From: Candidatus Aminicenantia bacterium
GTDB lineage: Bacteria; Acidobacteriota; Aminicenantia; Aminicenantales; Saccharicenantaceae
Direction of reading: 5' to 3'
Assembly (NCBI GenBank): GCA_041479905.1
Contig: JBGOYY010000005.1
Span: 7,665-71,664, forward strand
DNA: 64,000 nt
Below the pieces are notes generated by a model. It did not search any database, was not told the DNA's origin, and was given only the letters and a program-made list of their open reading frames with translations. Shown here in pieces: positions 33,717 to 42,787 of the stretch (positions within the stretch are counted from its first letter, which is position 1; each line of letters opens with the position of its first letter). Made by a program: the position numbers and the translations under genes.

Positions 33717-34235
33717 TCAGTCCCTCTCTTCGTATCCCACGGCCGCGTAGAAGATGGCCCGGTCGAAGAACACGATCACCCTGTGGTAGAGATCCATGGC
33801 CTGGTACAGGTCGAGGGCGGTATCCATCAGCCCCGCCACCTGGATCTTTCCCCAGAGGAGACGCCGAATGTGGCAGAGCGAGAGCACGATCTCCGAGAAC
33901 GGGAAGCCCTCCCGCCGGCGCTGTCGGCCGAGGGCAGTCCAATAGCTCCGCACCTCCTCCTTGGTCGTTTCGTGGGAGATCCACTTGCCGAGCTGGCTGT
34001 ATACACGGAAGGCCCGCCTGTAGATCTCCTTCTGATCGAATCCCTGGTAGCTGGGCATCCTCGGGTCGCGCCGGATGTCCTCGACATAGCCCAGAGTCAG
34101 CTCGTCGGCGTTGCGCTCGATGAGGTCGACCAGCTTGCGCGAAGCGGTAGTCTCAAAAAAGACGTCCTCACCTGACTCCGGCACAGTTCCCCTCACTCTC
34201 GTCCGAAATGTAGCACGGGGCCCGGGGCTTGTCAA
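33717..34235 (-). CDS. hypothetical protein (no recognisable family)
   Basis: 172-aa ORF co-oriented 40 bp downstream of hemW with normal GC and codon texture. No motif I can name; the true start may be an internal Met. Confidence 0.35.
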   Translation of the reverse strand: MTSPGPRATFRTRVRGTVPESGEDVFFETTASRKLVDLIERNADELTLGYVEDIRRDPRMPSYQGFDQKEIYRRAFRVYSQLGKWISHETTKEEVRSYWTALGRQRRREGFPFSEIVLSLCHIRRLLWGKIQVAGLMDTALDLYQAMDLYHRVIVFFDRAIFYAAVGYEERD

Positions 34236-34295
34236 TAAGAAAGCCCCCTTCCCCGGCCGGGGGAAGAGGGCTTTTCGTTATAGGTCGGGGCGAGT

Positions 34296-34979
34296 TTACT
34301 TGATGACGTCCTTCTTCATCATCGGGCAATTTGCGCAGGCGGTTCCCTCGGGGGCCTTGTCGGCCTTAGCGGCTTCTTCTTTCATCTTTTTCATCATGGC
34401 CACGTGTTCTGTCATGTGTTCCTGGATGGCCTTGACCGTCTCAGGGGTCTTCGAGGTCACCTTGAGGATGACGCCGTCCTTGGTCGTCTCGACCGTCATC
34501 TCGACGTCGGCGCCGAGGAGCGGACAGTCCGGGCCGCAGGCCATGCCCATGCCCATGCCGCCCCTCATTCGCATGCCCTTGCCGCCGTGCATCATGCCCA
34601 TCCGGCCCATCCGGCCATGCATCTTCATGCCGCGGGCCATCATCGGACAGCCGGCCATCGGGGTCCCCTCGGGCATGGGAGCCTGTCCCATGTGCTGGCC
34701 ATGCATCATGCCCATAGGAGCGGTCTTCTCTTCGCCCTTCGCCGGGGCCTTGAGATACTTCTCGGGATCCTTGGCGAAAGCCTCCTTGCAACCGGGGTTG
34801 CAGAAGTAATAAGTTGTCCCCTTGTACTCGTAGGTGGCCTTGGCCGTGGCCTTGACGACGGTCATCCCGCAGACGGGGTCGATGGCCGTATCGCCGCTTT
34901 TCTGCTGGGCTAGCACCCCGATGACGAGAACGAAGGCCAGGGCGGCCATGACCATGATCGAACGCATATTTTTGTTCAT
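34296..34979 (-). CDS. secreted YHS (TRASH) domain protein with methionine/histidine-rich metal-binding region
   Basis: Signal peptide. YHS motif DPVCGMTVVKATAKATYEYKGTTYYFCNPGCKEAF. Then MGMMHGQHMGQAPMPEGTPMAGCPMMARGMKMHGRMGRMGMMHGGKGMRMRGGMGMGMACGPDCP, with many MxxM/MxM copper-type motifs. C-terminal CANCPMM. Confidence 0.6.
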   Translation of the reverse strand: MNKNMRSIMVMAALAFVLVIGVLAQQKSGDTAIDPVCGMTVVKATAKATYEYKGTTYYFCNPGCKEAFAKDPEKYLKAPAKGEEKTAPMGMMHGQHMGQAPMPEGTPMAGCPMMARGMKMHGRMGRMGMMHGGKGMRMRGGMGMGMACGPDCPLLGADVEMTVETTKDGVILKVTSKTPETVKAIQEHMTEHVAMMKKMKEEAAKADKAPEGTACANCPMMKKDVIK

Positions 34980-34997
34980 GAAGTTCCTCCTCTATTC

Positions 34998-35315
34998 TTA
35001 GATATTGTATCGTATTGCTCGGGAAAAGGCAAGGCCCGGCAAGCGGTCTATTTTCCCTTGATGATGGCGATCAGGGTCTCCAGGGCCCTCGGGTCGTCGC
35101 ATTCGCCCAGCCAAAAAACGGCCTTCTTCCGGACGCGGGGGTCGGGATGGGTTTTGGCCAGCTTGATGAGGGCGTCGACCCCCTGGTTCTCCGGGAGCTG
35201 GGACAGAGCGAACGTAGTAGACTTTTTTCTTGTAGCGCTCGACGAACTCCCGGAAGGCCCGCTGGTCGCCCCGGGCCATTCCTTCGATAAGCGTGTTTTC
35301 GTCCATCAGGTCCAT
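34998..35315 (-). pseudogene. frameshifted gene remnant: ECF-sigma-like region-2 N-terminus in one frame, HEAT (PBS-lyase type) repeat in the +1 frame
   Basis: Frame 0: MDLMDENTLIEGMARGDQRAFREFVERYKKKVYYVRS.., then compositionally junk. The +1 frame gives ..VDALIKLAKTHPDPRVRKKAVFWLGECDDPRALETLIAIIKGK*. The frames can be joined by a 1-nt deletion in either the A6 run (aagaaaaaagtc) or the G5 run (cagggggtc). Confidence 0.4.
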
Positions 35316-35390
35316 CTCCGGCTTTCACTCCATTAGACGGACGACCGGGCCGGAGGGTTGGCAGGATTTAAAAAGGCCTGAGATGCAGGC

Positions 35391-36695
35391 TCAGACCGTC
35401 CACGGCTCCCGGTGCGGGTAGTCCAGGCGGCGGTTAGCCTCGTCGTCCCCGACGAAGCGCTCGGACGAGGGGTCCCAGGCGAGCTTGCGGCCGAGTTTCA
35501 TGGCGATGTGGGTCATCATGCAGATGGTGTTGGAACGATGGCCCACCTCGACCGGGGCCGCCGGCGCCTTCCGGCTCCGCACGGCCTCCAGGAAATTCTT
35601 CATGTGGTTGCCGCTCTGGACGAGCTTGACCTCGCCCTGGCCGGGTTTCCAGCGCAGGATCTCCGGGTCCGAGGCCTTGATCGCTCCGCGTTCAACGAAG
35701 ACCCAGCCCTTGTCCCCCTCGAATCGGACGCCGGCCGGATCTCCGGTCTCCATGATCAGCCGGACGCCGTTGGCGTAAACCGCCTCGGCCTGGAATTTCG
35801 TGTGGACGTTGAAGAGGCCCCGGTCCGGGAATTCGGCCTTGGCCTCGACGCTGACGGGACCCGTCTCGTCGGTGCCGTTGCCCCACTGGGCGATGTCCAT
35901 CATGTGGGAGCCCCAGCCCGTGACCATGCCCAGGCAATACGGTTCGATCTGGAGCCAGCCGGGCCGCTCGTAGCTCGTCTGGGGATGGACCCGGTCTTCG
36001 GCGAACGGGGCCGGCGCCGTCGGGCCCATCCAAAGGTCGTAATCGAGGTTCGGCGGCACCGGCGACGGCCGCGGGTCGCCGCGGCCCTGGTCCTCGGGCA
36101 GCCAGACGCGGATCGTCTGGAGCTTTCCGACGCGCCCGTTGCGGGCGAGCTCGCAGGCCATGAGGAAGTGGATGGAGGAGCGTTGTTGCGATCCCACCTG
36201 GAGGATGCGCTTGTTTTTATGAACCGCCTCGACGAGTTTGCGGCCCTCGGCGATGGAGTAGGTCAGCGGTTTCTCCAGGTAGATGTCCTTGCCCGCCTTT
36301 GCGGCCGCGGTGCCCATCGCCCCGTGCCAGAAGTCGGGCGCGACGATGAGGACGCCGTCGAGGTCCTTCCGGGCCAGGAGCTCGCGGAAGTCCCGATAAG
36401 CAGCGACGCTTTTTGCCGCGTCCTTGCCCGTCTCGAGGGTGTAGATCTTCTCGGCCAGCCACTGGGCGTCTTCGAGCCGGTGCGAGTCGGCGTCGCAGAC
36501 GGCGATGACCCGGGCCCCGGTCTCGAGACCGCGGTAGATGAGCTCCTGCATGTCGGCCTGGCCCTGACGGCCGACGCCGATGCAGCCGAACTGGAGAGTG
36601 TCGCTCGGCGCGGGCCGGGCGAAGACGGACGAAGGGACGATGGCCGGAGCGATGGCCGTGACCGCGGCGGCCTTTAAAAAGCTCCTTCGGGTCAT
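35391..36695 (-). CDS. Gfo/Idh/MocA-family NAD(P)-dependent oxidoreductase with Tat signal
   Basis: Twin-arginine signal MTRRSFLKAAAVTAIAPA. Rossmann motif FGCIGVGRQG. GFOR-type C-terminal alpha/beta domain. Confidence 0.8.
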   Translation of the reverse strand: MTRRSFLKAAAVTAIAPAIVPSSVFARPAPSDTLQFGCIGVGRQGQADMQELIYRGLETGARVIAVCDADSHRLEDAQWLAEKIYTLETGKDAAKSVAAYRDFRELLARKDLDGVLIVAPDFWHGAMGTAAAKAGKDIYLEKPLTYSIAEGRKLVEAVHKNKRILQVGSQQRSSIHFLMACELARNGRVGKLQTIRVWLPEDQGRGDPRPSPVPPNLDYDLWMGPTAPAPFAEDRVHPQTSYERPGWLQIEPYCLGMVTGWGSHMMDIAQWGNGTDETGPVSVEAKAEFPDRGLFNVHTKFQAEAVYANGVRLIMETGDPAGVRFEGDKGWVFVERGAIKASDPEILRWKPGQGEVKLVQSGNHMKNFLEAVRSRKAPAAPVEVGHRSNTICMMTHIAMKLGRKLAWDPSSERFVGDDEANRRLDYPHREPWTV

Positions 36696-36776
36696 GTCAT
36701 GGGATGTCTGCTTACGACTCATGATTGCCTCCCCGCTCAGAAACTATCACGGTGAAAACGCGCTGTCAACGCCGGC

Positions 36777-38138
36777 TCAGAAGAGGGAGAGGATCTTGAC
36801 GATGGCGCCGGCGGCCACGACCAGGATGGCCAGGAGAAGCAGGATGTTCCAGACGGTCCCCTTGAAACCCCGGCTGACCTCATTTCCCAGGTAGCTTCTC
36901 TTGTTCTGGAGGATGAAGAAGGCGACGTAGGCGATGGGCATCATGACCAGGGCGATGGAGGACGCCAGGACCGGCAGCCAGAACGGCGTCGGATAGAAGG
37001 CGCCGAGGATGCCGATATTCGCGGTCATCGTGGCCGCCCAGTAGGCCCAGCCCCGGGGTTCGAAGCCGAACATTTCGCTCAGAACGAAGCCGCAGATGAC
37101 CATCTCGATGGTCAGCGTCGTGAAGCACATGCCGAGGATGCCCAGCGAGAAGATCACGCGGCCCGCGGCCACCCCGGCCACGGGGGCCAGGGCGTGGGCG
37201 GCGTCGACCGCGCCCCGGACCTTGATCCCCTGGACGTGGAGCGTATTGGCGCAGGCGATGACGACCAGGCTCGTCGTCAGGACGAATGGCGCGAACATCG
37301 AGACGGCCAGGTCGAAGTTTTTAAGTCCCCGGTGCTCCTTCCCCCAGCCGCGGGCGAGGAGCGTGTAGGGATAGAGGAAGGTCATGTTGACGCCCACGGC
37401 CGCGCCCAGGGCGCCGAGCACGATGGTCAGGCCTTCGCGGTCGCGGGGGATGTAGAACCCGAAAAGCCCGTTGAGCAGGGCCTTGAAATCGACGCCGGTC
37501 TTGATGACGACGAGGAGAAAAAAGAGCGACATGACCAGGACGGTGTATTTCAGGACGCGCTCGAAGAGACGCACCGCCCGACGGCTGCCTTGCCCGTAGC
37601 TCCAGCAGAGCGCGGTCCCGGCGGCGAGGAGGGCGAGGGCGATGGGCGCCTTGGGGACCGTCCGGCCGGCCACGTCGAAGATGTCCTGGGTGACGTTGAC
37701 AGCCAGGGCGTATTGCGGGAATTGCCAGATGATGGAGGCCAGGAGCACGACCGCTCCCCACGATACGGCCAGGGCCGGGTGGAGCTTCTTGCGGAACACG
37801 TCGTAAGGCCGGGCCTGGGTCGTCAGGAGCTGGTGACCGATGGCCGAGAACACGACGACGCCGAGAAACATGGCCACGGGCTGGACCCACAGAAGCTTGT
37901 AGCCGAAGACGGCGCCGGCGAAGATCGACGACCCGGCCGAACCGGCGCCCAGGGTCAGGGCGCTCTGGACCCAGCCGGGACCGGAGAGCGACCAGTAGCC
38001 CCGCCATTTGCGCCAGAGGCCGGGTCGGGCGTCGATCTCCCTCAGCCGGGCTTTCTCCCGCTCCAAGGCTTCGGAGTCGCGGGCCTGGACCATGGGCAGG
38101 CCGCGGCGAAGGTCGTCGGTCCGGCTTTCGTTCGGCAA
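36777..38138 (-). CDS. NRAMP-family membrane transporter (divergent; canonical TM1 DPGN motif replaced)
   Basis: About 11 TM segments. ..SGPGWVQSALTLGAGSAGSSIFAGAVFGYKLLWVQ.. aligns with the MntH block [35 protein letters not shown], but with GAGS in place of DPGN. Confidence 0.5.
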   Translation of the reverse strand: MPNESRTDDLRRGLPMVQARDSEALEREKARLREIDARPGLWRKWRGYWSLSGPGWVQSALTLGAGSAGSSIFAGAVFGYKLLWVQPVAMFLGVVVFSAIGHQLLTTQARPYDVFRKKLHPALAVSWGAVVLLASIIWQFPQYALAVNVTQDIFDVAGRTVPKAPIALALLAAGTALCWSYGQGSRRAVRLFERVLKYTVLVMSLFFLLVVIKTGVDFKALLNGLFGFYIPRDREGLTIVLGALGAAVGVNMTFLYPYTLLARGWGKEHRGLKNFDLAVSMFAPFVLTTSLVVIACANTLHVQGIKVRGAVDAAHALAPVAGVAAGRVIFSLGILGMCFTTLTIEMVICGFVLSEMFGFEPRGWAYWAATMTANIGILGAFYPTPFWLPVLASSIALVMMPIAYVAFFILQNKRSYLGNEVSRGFKGTVWNILLLLAILVVAAGAIVKILSLF

Positions 38139-38149
38139 GGTCCTCCCTT

Positions 38150-38977
38150 CTACTTCCGCACCCCGGGGGATTCACCCGGTCCCACCGCTTCGAGTTTCGT
38201 CACGGGACGGAGGATGCCGCACATGCCCAGGGTCGGTTCCTCGGCCGGTAGATTGAGGACGGGCGCGGACTCCTCGCTCCCGAGCGGCAGGTTCTCGAGG
38301 CGCTTGCGGAACCGTTCACCCCAGGCCACAGAACCCGCCTCGACGGCCTCCGAGAAGCCGGCTTTGAGTCCGGCGGCGGCTTTCATGTGGACGCCGATGA
38401 ACCGCTCGAGTTCGCGGTTGTAAGCGCCGCGATCCTTCGTCCAGAGTTCGAGGAGACCGGCATAGGCGCGTACGGCCGCGTCCCTCCGGTCGAGCGCCCC
38501 CTCGAGCCCTTTCGCCTTGGCCAGGCCGACGAGCCGGGCGAACTCGGCCGGGTTCTCGTCGACGGCTTTTCCGAAATAGATACGGGCATCGCCGCGCTCG
38601 GCCAGCCCCCCGTTCCCCATGACCACCAAGAGGACCAGGCGGTCGGTGTTGACCAACCGGTGCACGACCCCGGGCGGAAACTGAACATAACGCCCGGGCG
38701 CGAGCTCGACCGAACGGAACCCCCGCTTGAGGTCATGGAGTTCGACCCGCCCCCGCCCGCTCACCACATAGTACCCCTCGTCGGTCACGGCGTGGACATG
38801 GGGAGAGCCGGACATGAGACCGTCGGGGGCCGGGCGCTGGTCGTAGACCGTTAGGTGCGTCAGGCCGATGCCGCCGATCAGGTCCTCCGCCCGTCCTTCG
38901 GCCGGCCGGGAGGCCATGGCGACAAGCGCCAGAAGGACGATCGCGGCGGTAAGGAGCGAATTTTTTAACCGGGTCAT
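38150..38977 (-). CDS. secreted cupin-domain protein
   Basis: GGAGG RBS before ATG 38975-38977 (MTRLKNSLL..). Signal peptide. Cupin motifs SGSPHVHAVTDEGYYVVSGRG and PGRYVQFPPGVVHRLVN. Confidence 0.6.
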   Translation of the reverse strand: MTRLKNSLLTAAIVLLALVAMASRPAEGRAEDLIGGIGLTHLTVYDQRPAPDGLMSGSPHVHAVTDEGYYVVSGRGRVELHDLKRGFRSVELAPGRYVQFPPGVVHRLVNTDRLVLLVVMGNGGLAERGDARIYFGKAVDENPAEFARLVGLAKAKGLEGALDRRDAAVRAYAGLLELWTKDRGAYNRELERFIGVHMKAAAGLKAGFSEAVEAGSVAWGERFRKRLENLPLGSEESAPVLNLPAEEPTLGMCGILRPVTKLEAVGPGESPGVRK

Positions 38978-39094
38978 GGGCCCCTCCTCATTCGCCCCAG
39001 TTTTACCAGAACCCGGCATAAATGCCAAGAAAAAGGGGACACGTACCGCAGGTACATGTCCCCTATTCAATTGGTGACCCCCGGCCTGTCGCAG

Positions 39095-41305
39095 CTAGGG
39101 TCTTATCGAAAGGGAGATCTTGACGACGCCCCGGTCCCCGAGCGGGGCGAACCGGCTCATGGGGTCCCAACGGCGCTCCCAGTTCTTGTTATAGACCAGA
39201 AAGATCTCGTTGCCGGGCGAGATCTGCCAGCGCAGACGGGCGCTCCAGCCCAGCGTGTTGGAGATGTCGTCGAACTGGACGTAGTTCATCAGGCCGAGGT
39301 CGGGAGAGAGGAAGATGTCGGCCTTGACCTGGTAGACGTTCTCGTTGAAGCGGCCTTCGGGCAGGCGGCCGCGGACGAGGTTGGCGTCGAAGGCCAGGGT
39401 CGCGGTGCCCTTGAATTTCAGCGTCAGGCCCAAGTTGACGTCATCGTAACGGCCCGAATAGAATTCCCCGAAATTGTAGCCCGCATCGATGACGACGGGC
39501 CGGTGGCTGGCCGTGCTCGCTTCGAGGCGAAAGCTCGTGAAATCGTACGGGCCGGCCGGCAGGACGACCCCTTCGGCGATTTCGAAATCGTAAGACAGGA
39601 CGTCCCGGTTGGTGACGACGCTGAAGCCGAGTCTTTCGCCGCTTTGGGTCCTGAACGCGAGCGGTGAAGCGTTGATCTGGCTCGTCTCCAGGTTTCCCGA
39701 GAGGTCCCAATAGTAATCCGCGCTCGCTTCGAAGAAGAACTGTCGGACAAACCGCTCGAGGAAGCCCCCGGCCGGCCGGGGCTGGAAGGCGACCCGGGCG
39801 AAAGCGGTCTGGATCCCCTGCCGCATCATGTATCCCAGCCCAGGGTCGAGGGCCTCGCCGTAGTAGGCGTAGGTCGTCTGGACGTTCCAAAGGTCGTTCG
39901 GATAATCGGCCCGGAAGCCGAATCCGTGGTGACGCCCCTCTTCCCGCTCGTTCCAATTATAGGCCCCCCACGCGGCGAGCATGATGTTCTTGTCCCCCAG
40001 GAACTTCGATGAGGAGTAGTTGAAGTCGACGCCCGCGAGCGAGTTCCGCTTGCCCGTCGGACTGCCGTTGGTGAAGATCCAGCCGACCTTGCTCTGGGCG
40101 AAGATGTTCTGGGTCATCCGCGCCGCCAGGAGGTTGCGGCCCGAAAGGTCGCCGTAGGCGCCGGTCTGGACGTCCAGGACGGCCAAGTTGGTGTTGCCGA
40201 CCTTGCCGTAGAGCTTGGCGCCGAACCGGACGGGGATCTGGGCCCCCTCGAAGAGCCCGATCTTCCGGCTGAAGAAGGGCATAAAGCTGACGCTCGAGCT
40301 GAAGCTGAAGACCTCGGACCCCTCGAGGAAGAACATCCTCTTCTCCGGGAAGAAGAGCGGGAACCGGGTCAGGTTGATACGGCGCTCGTCGACCTCGGTC
40401 TCGGCGAAATCCATGTTGTAGCTGGCGACGCCGACGAGGTTCGGCGTAAAGCTCTTGTAGAGGTCGAAGCCGCCGTCGAGTTCGCCGTGGTAGGTGCCCG
40501 CCACGAGGTTGTCTTTCGAAGCGCTGGCCAGACCGTAGGGACGGAAGGTGATGCCCAGCCCCTGCCGAACGCCCTCGATCCCCTGTAGGGCGGCCGCTTC
40601 GTTCGGATTGTTGAAGTTGCTGTCCCGCGTCGTGCCGGAGAGCCGGATGACCTCCATCTTGCGGGCGATCGTCCGCTCGATGTTCAGGCCCCAAACGGTG
40701 AGGCCGGGCCGGAAGGAGATGGTTTTGAAGGGGATGCGGATCTCCGTCGACCAGCCGTCCTCGAGACGCCGGCTCTCGGCCTCCCAGATGCCGTCCCAGT
40801 TGAGGCTGGCACTTCCGGCATAGACCAAACCTTCGCCGCGGGCGCCCCGGGAATTGACGAAGAAGACGTAGGCGTTGCGCTTGTCTTGGAACGGGTCGAG
40901 GAGGACGCGGACGACGTCGTCGCTCGCCGTCTGCGGGCTGTGGCCGTAGCCCATGTAGGATTGGACGTTGCCGCTGTCGTGGGCCATGGTGTTGGCCGAG
41001 ATCCGGGCGGGTTCGCTGTCGTGGCAGTAAACGCCGATGTAGAGGCTCGTGTCGTCGTAGATGACGCGGGCTTCGGTCTTCTCGCTCGGGTCCTCGCCGG
41101 GCCGGGGTTCGACCATGCGGAAACCGGTGATGGCGGAAGCCGACTGCCAGGCCGGGTCGGTGAGAAGTCCGTCGACCTTGGGACCTACCTTGACCCGGAC
41201 GGCCTTGATTTCCTCGGCGCGAACGGCGGCGCTCAGGATGAATAGACCCAAGATCACGGCAAGAACGCGGACGGAACGGCGGGCGGCGAGTTTTTTCAAG
41301 TTCAC
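39095..41305 (-). CDS. DUF5916-family protein (CBM9-like N-domain plus putative outer-membrane beta-barrel), paralog 1
   Basis: Signal peptide MNLKKLAARRSVRVLAVILGLFILSAAVRA. N-terminal block shared with the protein at 54244-56421 (KVDGxLDExAW..; DDxxLYIGVxCxDxEP; KRNAYxF.xNxxGA). Long C-terminal region with alternating beta-strand-like texture. Family name recalled, not searched. Confidence 0.5.
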   Translation of the reverse strand: MNLKKLAARRSVRVLAVILGLFILSAAVRAEEIKAVRVKVGPKVDGLLTDPAWQSASAITGFRMVEPRPGEDPSEKTEARVIYDDTSLYIGVYCHDSEPARISANTMAHDSGNVQSYMGYGHSPQTASDDVVRVLLDPFQDKRNAYVFFVNSRGARGEGLVYAGSASLNWDGIWEAESRRLEDGWSTEIRIPFKTISFRPGLTVWGLNIERTIARKMEVIRLSGTTRDSNFNNPNEAAALQGIEGVRQGLGITFRPYGLASASKDNLVAGTYHGELDGGFDLYKSFTPNLVGVASYNMDFAETEVDERRINLTRFPLFFPEKRMFFLEGSEVFSFSSSVSFMPFFSRKIGLFEGAQIPVRFGAKLYGKVGNTNLAVLDVQTGAYGDLSGRNLLAARMTQNIFAQSKVGWIFTNGSPTGKRNSLAGVDFNYSSSKFLGDKNIMLAAWGAYNWNEREEGRHHGFGFRADYPNDLWNVQTTYAYYGEALDPGLGYMMRQGIQTAFARVAFQPRPAGGFLERFVRQFFFEASADYYWDLSGNLETSQINASPLAFRTQSGERLGFSVVTNRDVLSYDFEIAEGVVLPAGPYDFTSFRLEASTASHRPVVIDAGYNFGEFYSGRYDDVNLGLTLKFKGTATLAFDANLVRGRLPEGRFNENVYQVKADIFLSPDLGLMNYVQFDDISNTLGWSARLRWQISPGNEIFLVYNKNWERRWDPMSRFAPLGDRGVVKISLSIRP

Positions 41306-41404
41306 CTTTCGCGGCTCATTATTATCGGGGCGGCCTAATAGCCGGGCTAAAGATCGTATATTCTAGCGGCTGGGCCCGTTTTCTTCAAGTGCGTCCGGGC
41401 GTCG

Positions 41405-42787
41405 TCACTGGGGAAGCCAGCTCCCGATCCGCCGCGAAACCTGGCCGGCCGTGGGCGGGTCGAAGTTGGTCAGCACGATGATGGTGGTGCCGTTGCGCGG
41501 GTCCCACTCGAGGATAGAGTTGATCCCCGGCGCCCCTCCGGCGATGCCCAACCCGTTCGCGGCGTCGGGCAGGTAGATCTTCTTGTCCTTCAAGGCCAGC
41601 GCGTATTTCAGCATGTCCTCCGCGGTGGAGTAACCGCCTCCGGCCGAACTGCCCCGCCCGGGAAGGGTCGCGTGGTTGAGGACGCGCGCCGTCGCCGACT
41701 CGCCCTCGAGGGTATAGCCCCGGGCGAGGTTGGGCACGTCCTCGTCCCGGGCGAAGGAGTCCGTGTTCAGCATGCCGCACGGCTTGAAGATATTCTCCCG
41801 GACGTAGGTGTAATAGTCGACCCCGCTCGTCTTTTCGATGATGACCCCCAGGACGACGTAGCCGCCGTTCGAGTAGCGGTTATTCGTCCCCGGTTCGAAC
41901 TCGAGAGGGAGGTCGGCGAAGAGCGGCAGGTAGTCCTGGAGGGTCCTGATCTTGTCCTTGGGCGTCGCATCGTATCGGCTGCCGAAGAAATCGCCGATGC
42001 CCGAGGTCATGTTGAGCAAGTGCCGGATGGTCACCTTCTCCGCGGCTTGGGCGTTGGGATAGTCGAGCAGGAACTTTTTGATCGGGTCGTCGAGCGAGAG
42101 CTTCCCCTGCTTTGCCAGCTGATAGATGGCGACGCGGGTGAAATTCTTGTTGATCGAGCCCAGGTTGAACTTGGTGTCCTTCCGATTGGGGATCTTCTTC
42201 TCCCGGTCGGCGTTGCCGTAGGCCTCGTGGAACAGGATCCGGGAATCCTTGGCGATAAGCACGACGCCGGAGAACTCGTCCGCCTTGGTCTGGCCTTCGA
42301 GGAGGGCCCGGACGGCGGCGACCAGTTCTTTCTCGTCGGCCTTGGGTTCCGGAACGACGATATTCGCCGGGTTATCGACCAGCTCGATCGTGATGGACGC
42401 CAGCTTATGCGGCGGCGTTTTCTCGACGGTCGCCTTGAGGAGGACGTATTCGCCGTTGCCGGCCTTGGTCAGGAGGAACGTCTGGAAAGGCTGTTCGGCG
42501 ATTATTTTTTCGAGCTGCATGGATTTGAGCTCGGCCTTGGCTCCCCGGAAGCGGGTCACCCTCTGCTCGATGGGGATCTCTTTGAGGGCGGATGCGGCGA
42601 AGTGCGCTTCGAAGAAGGCCCTCATCTGCCCCGGGATCCCGGAATTGAAAGCCTCGAGATAGGCCTTGAGGTGGTCGGTGGCGGACTGCTCCGTAGATGG
42701 CGATCCCTGAGCGAACCCGCTCGGGGCCAGGGCGCAGATCATGACGGCGGCCGCCGCCAGGGCGACGATTCGGTTTTGCGTGCTCAT
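41405..42787 (-). CDS. secreted serine hydrolase (beta-lactamase / PBP4-like family)
   Basis: GGAGG RBS before ATG 42785-42787 (MSTQNRIVALAAAAVMICALAPSGFA). SxxK active-site motif FNLGSINKNFT. The ORF track's upstream extension to 43126 is discarded. Confidence 0.7.
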   Translation of the reverse strand: MSTQNRIVALAAAAVMICALAPSGFAQGSPSTEQSATDHLKAYLEAFNSGIPGQMRAFFEAHFAASALKEIPIEQRVTRFRGAKAELKSMQLEKIIAEQPFQTFLLTKAGNGEYVLLKATVEKTPPHKLASITIELVDNPANIVVPEPKADEKELVAAVRALLEGQTKADEFSGVVLIAKDSRILFHEAYGNADREKKIPNRKDTKFNLGSINKNFTRVAIYQLAKQGKLSLDDPIKKFLLDYPNAQAAEKVTIRHLLNMTSGIGDFFGSRYDATPKDKIRTLQDYLPLFADLPLEFEPGTNNRYSNGGYVVLGVIIEKTSGVDYYTYVRENIFKPCGMLNTDSFARDEDVPNLARGYTLEGESATARVLNHATLPGRGSSAGGGYSTAEDMLKYALALKDKKIYLPDAANGLGIAGGAPGINSILEWDPRNGTTIIVLTNFDPPTAGQVSRRIGSWLPQ

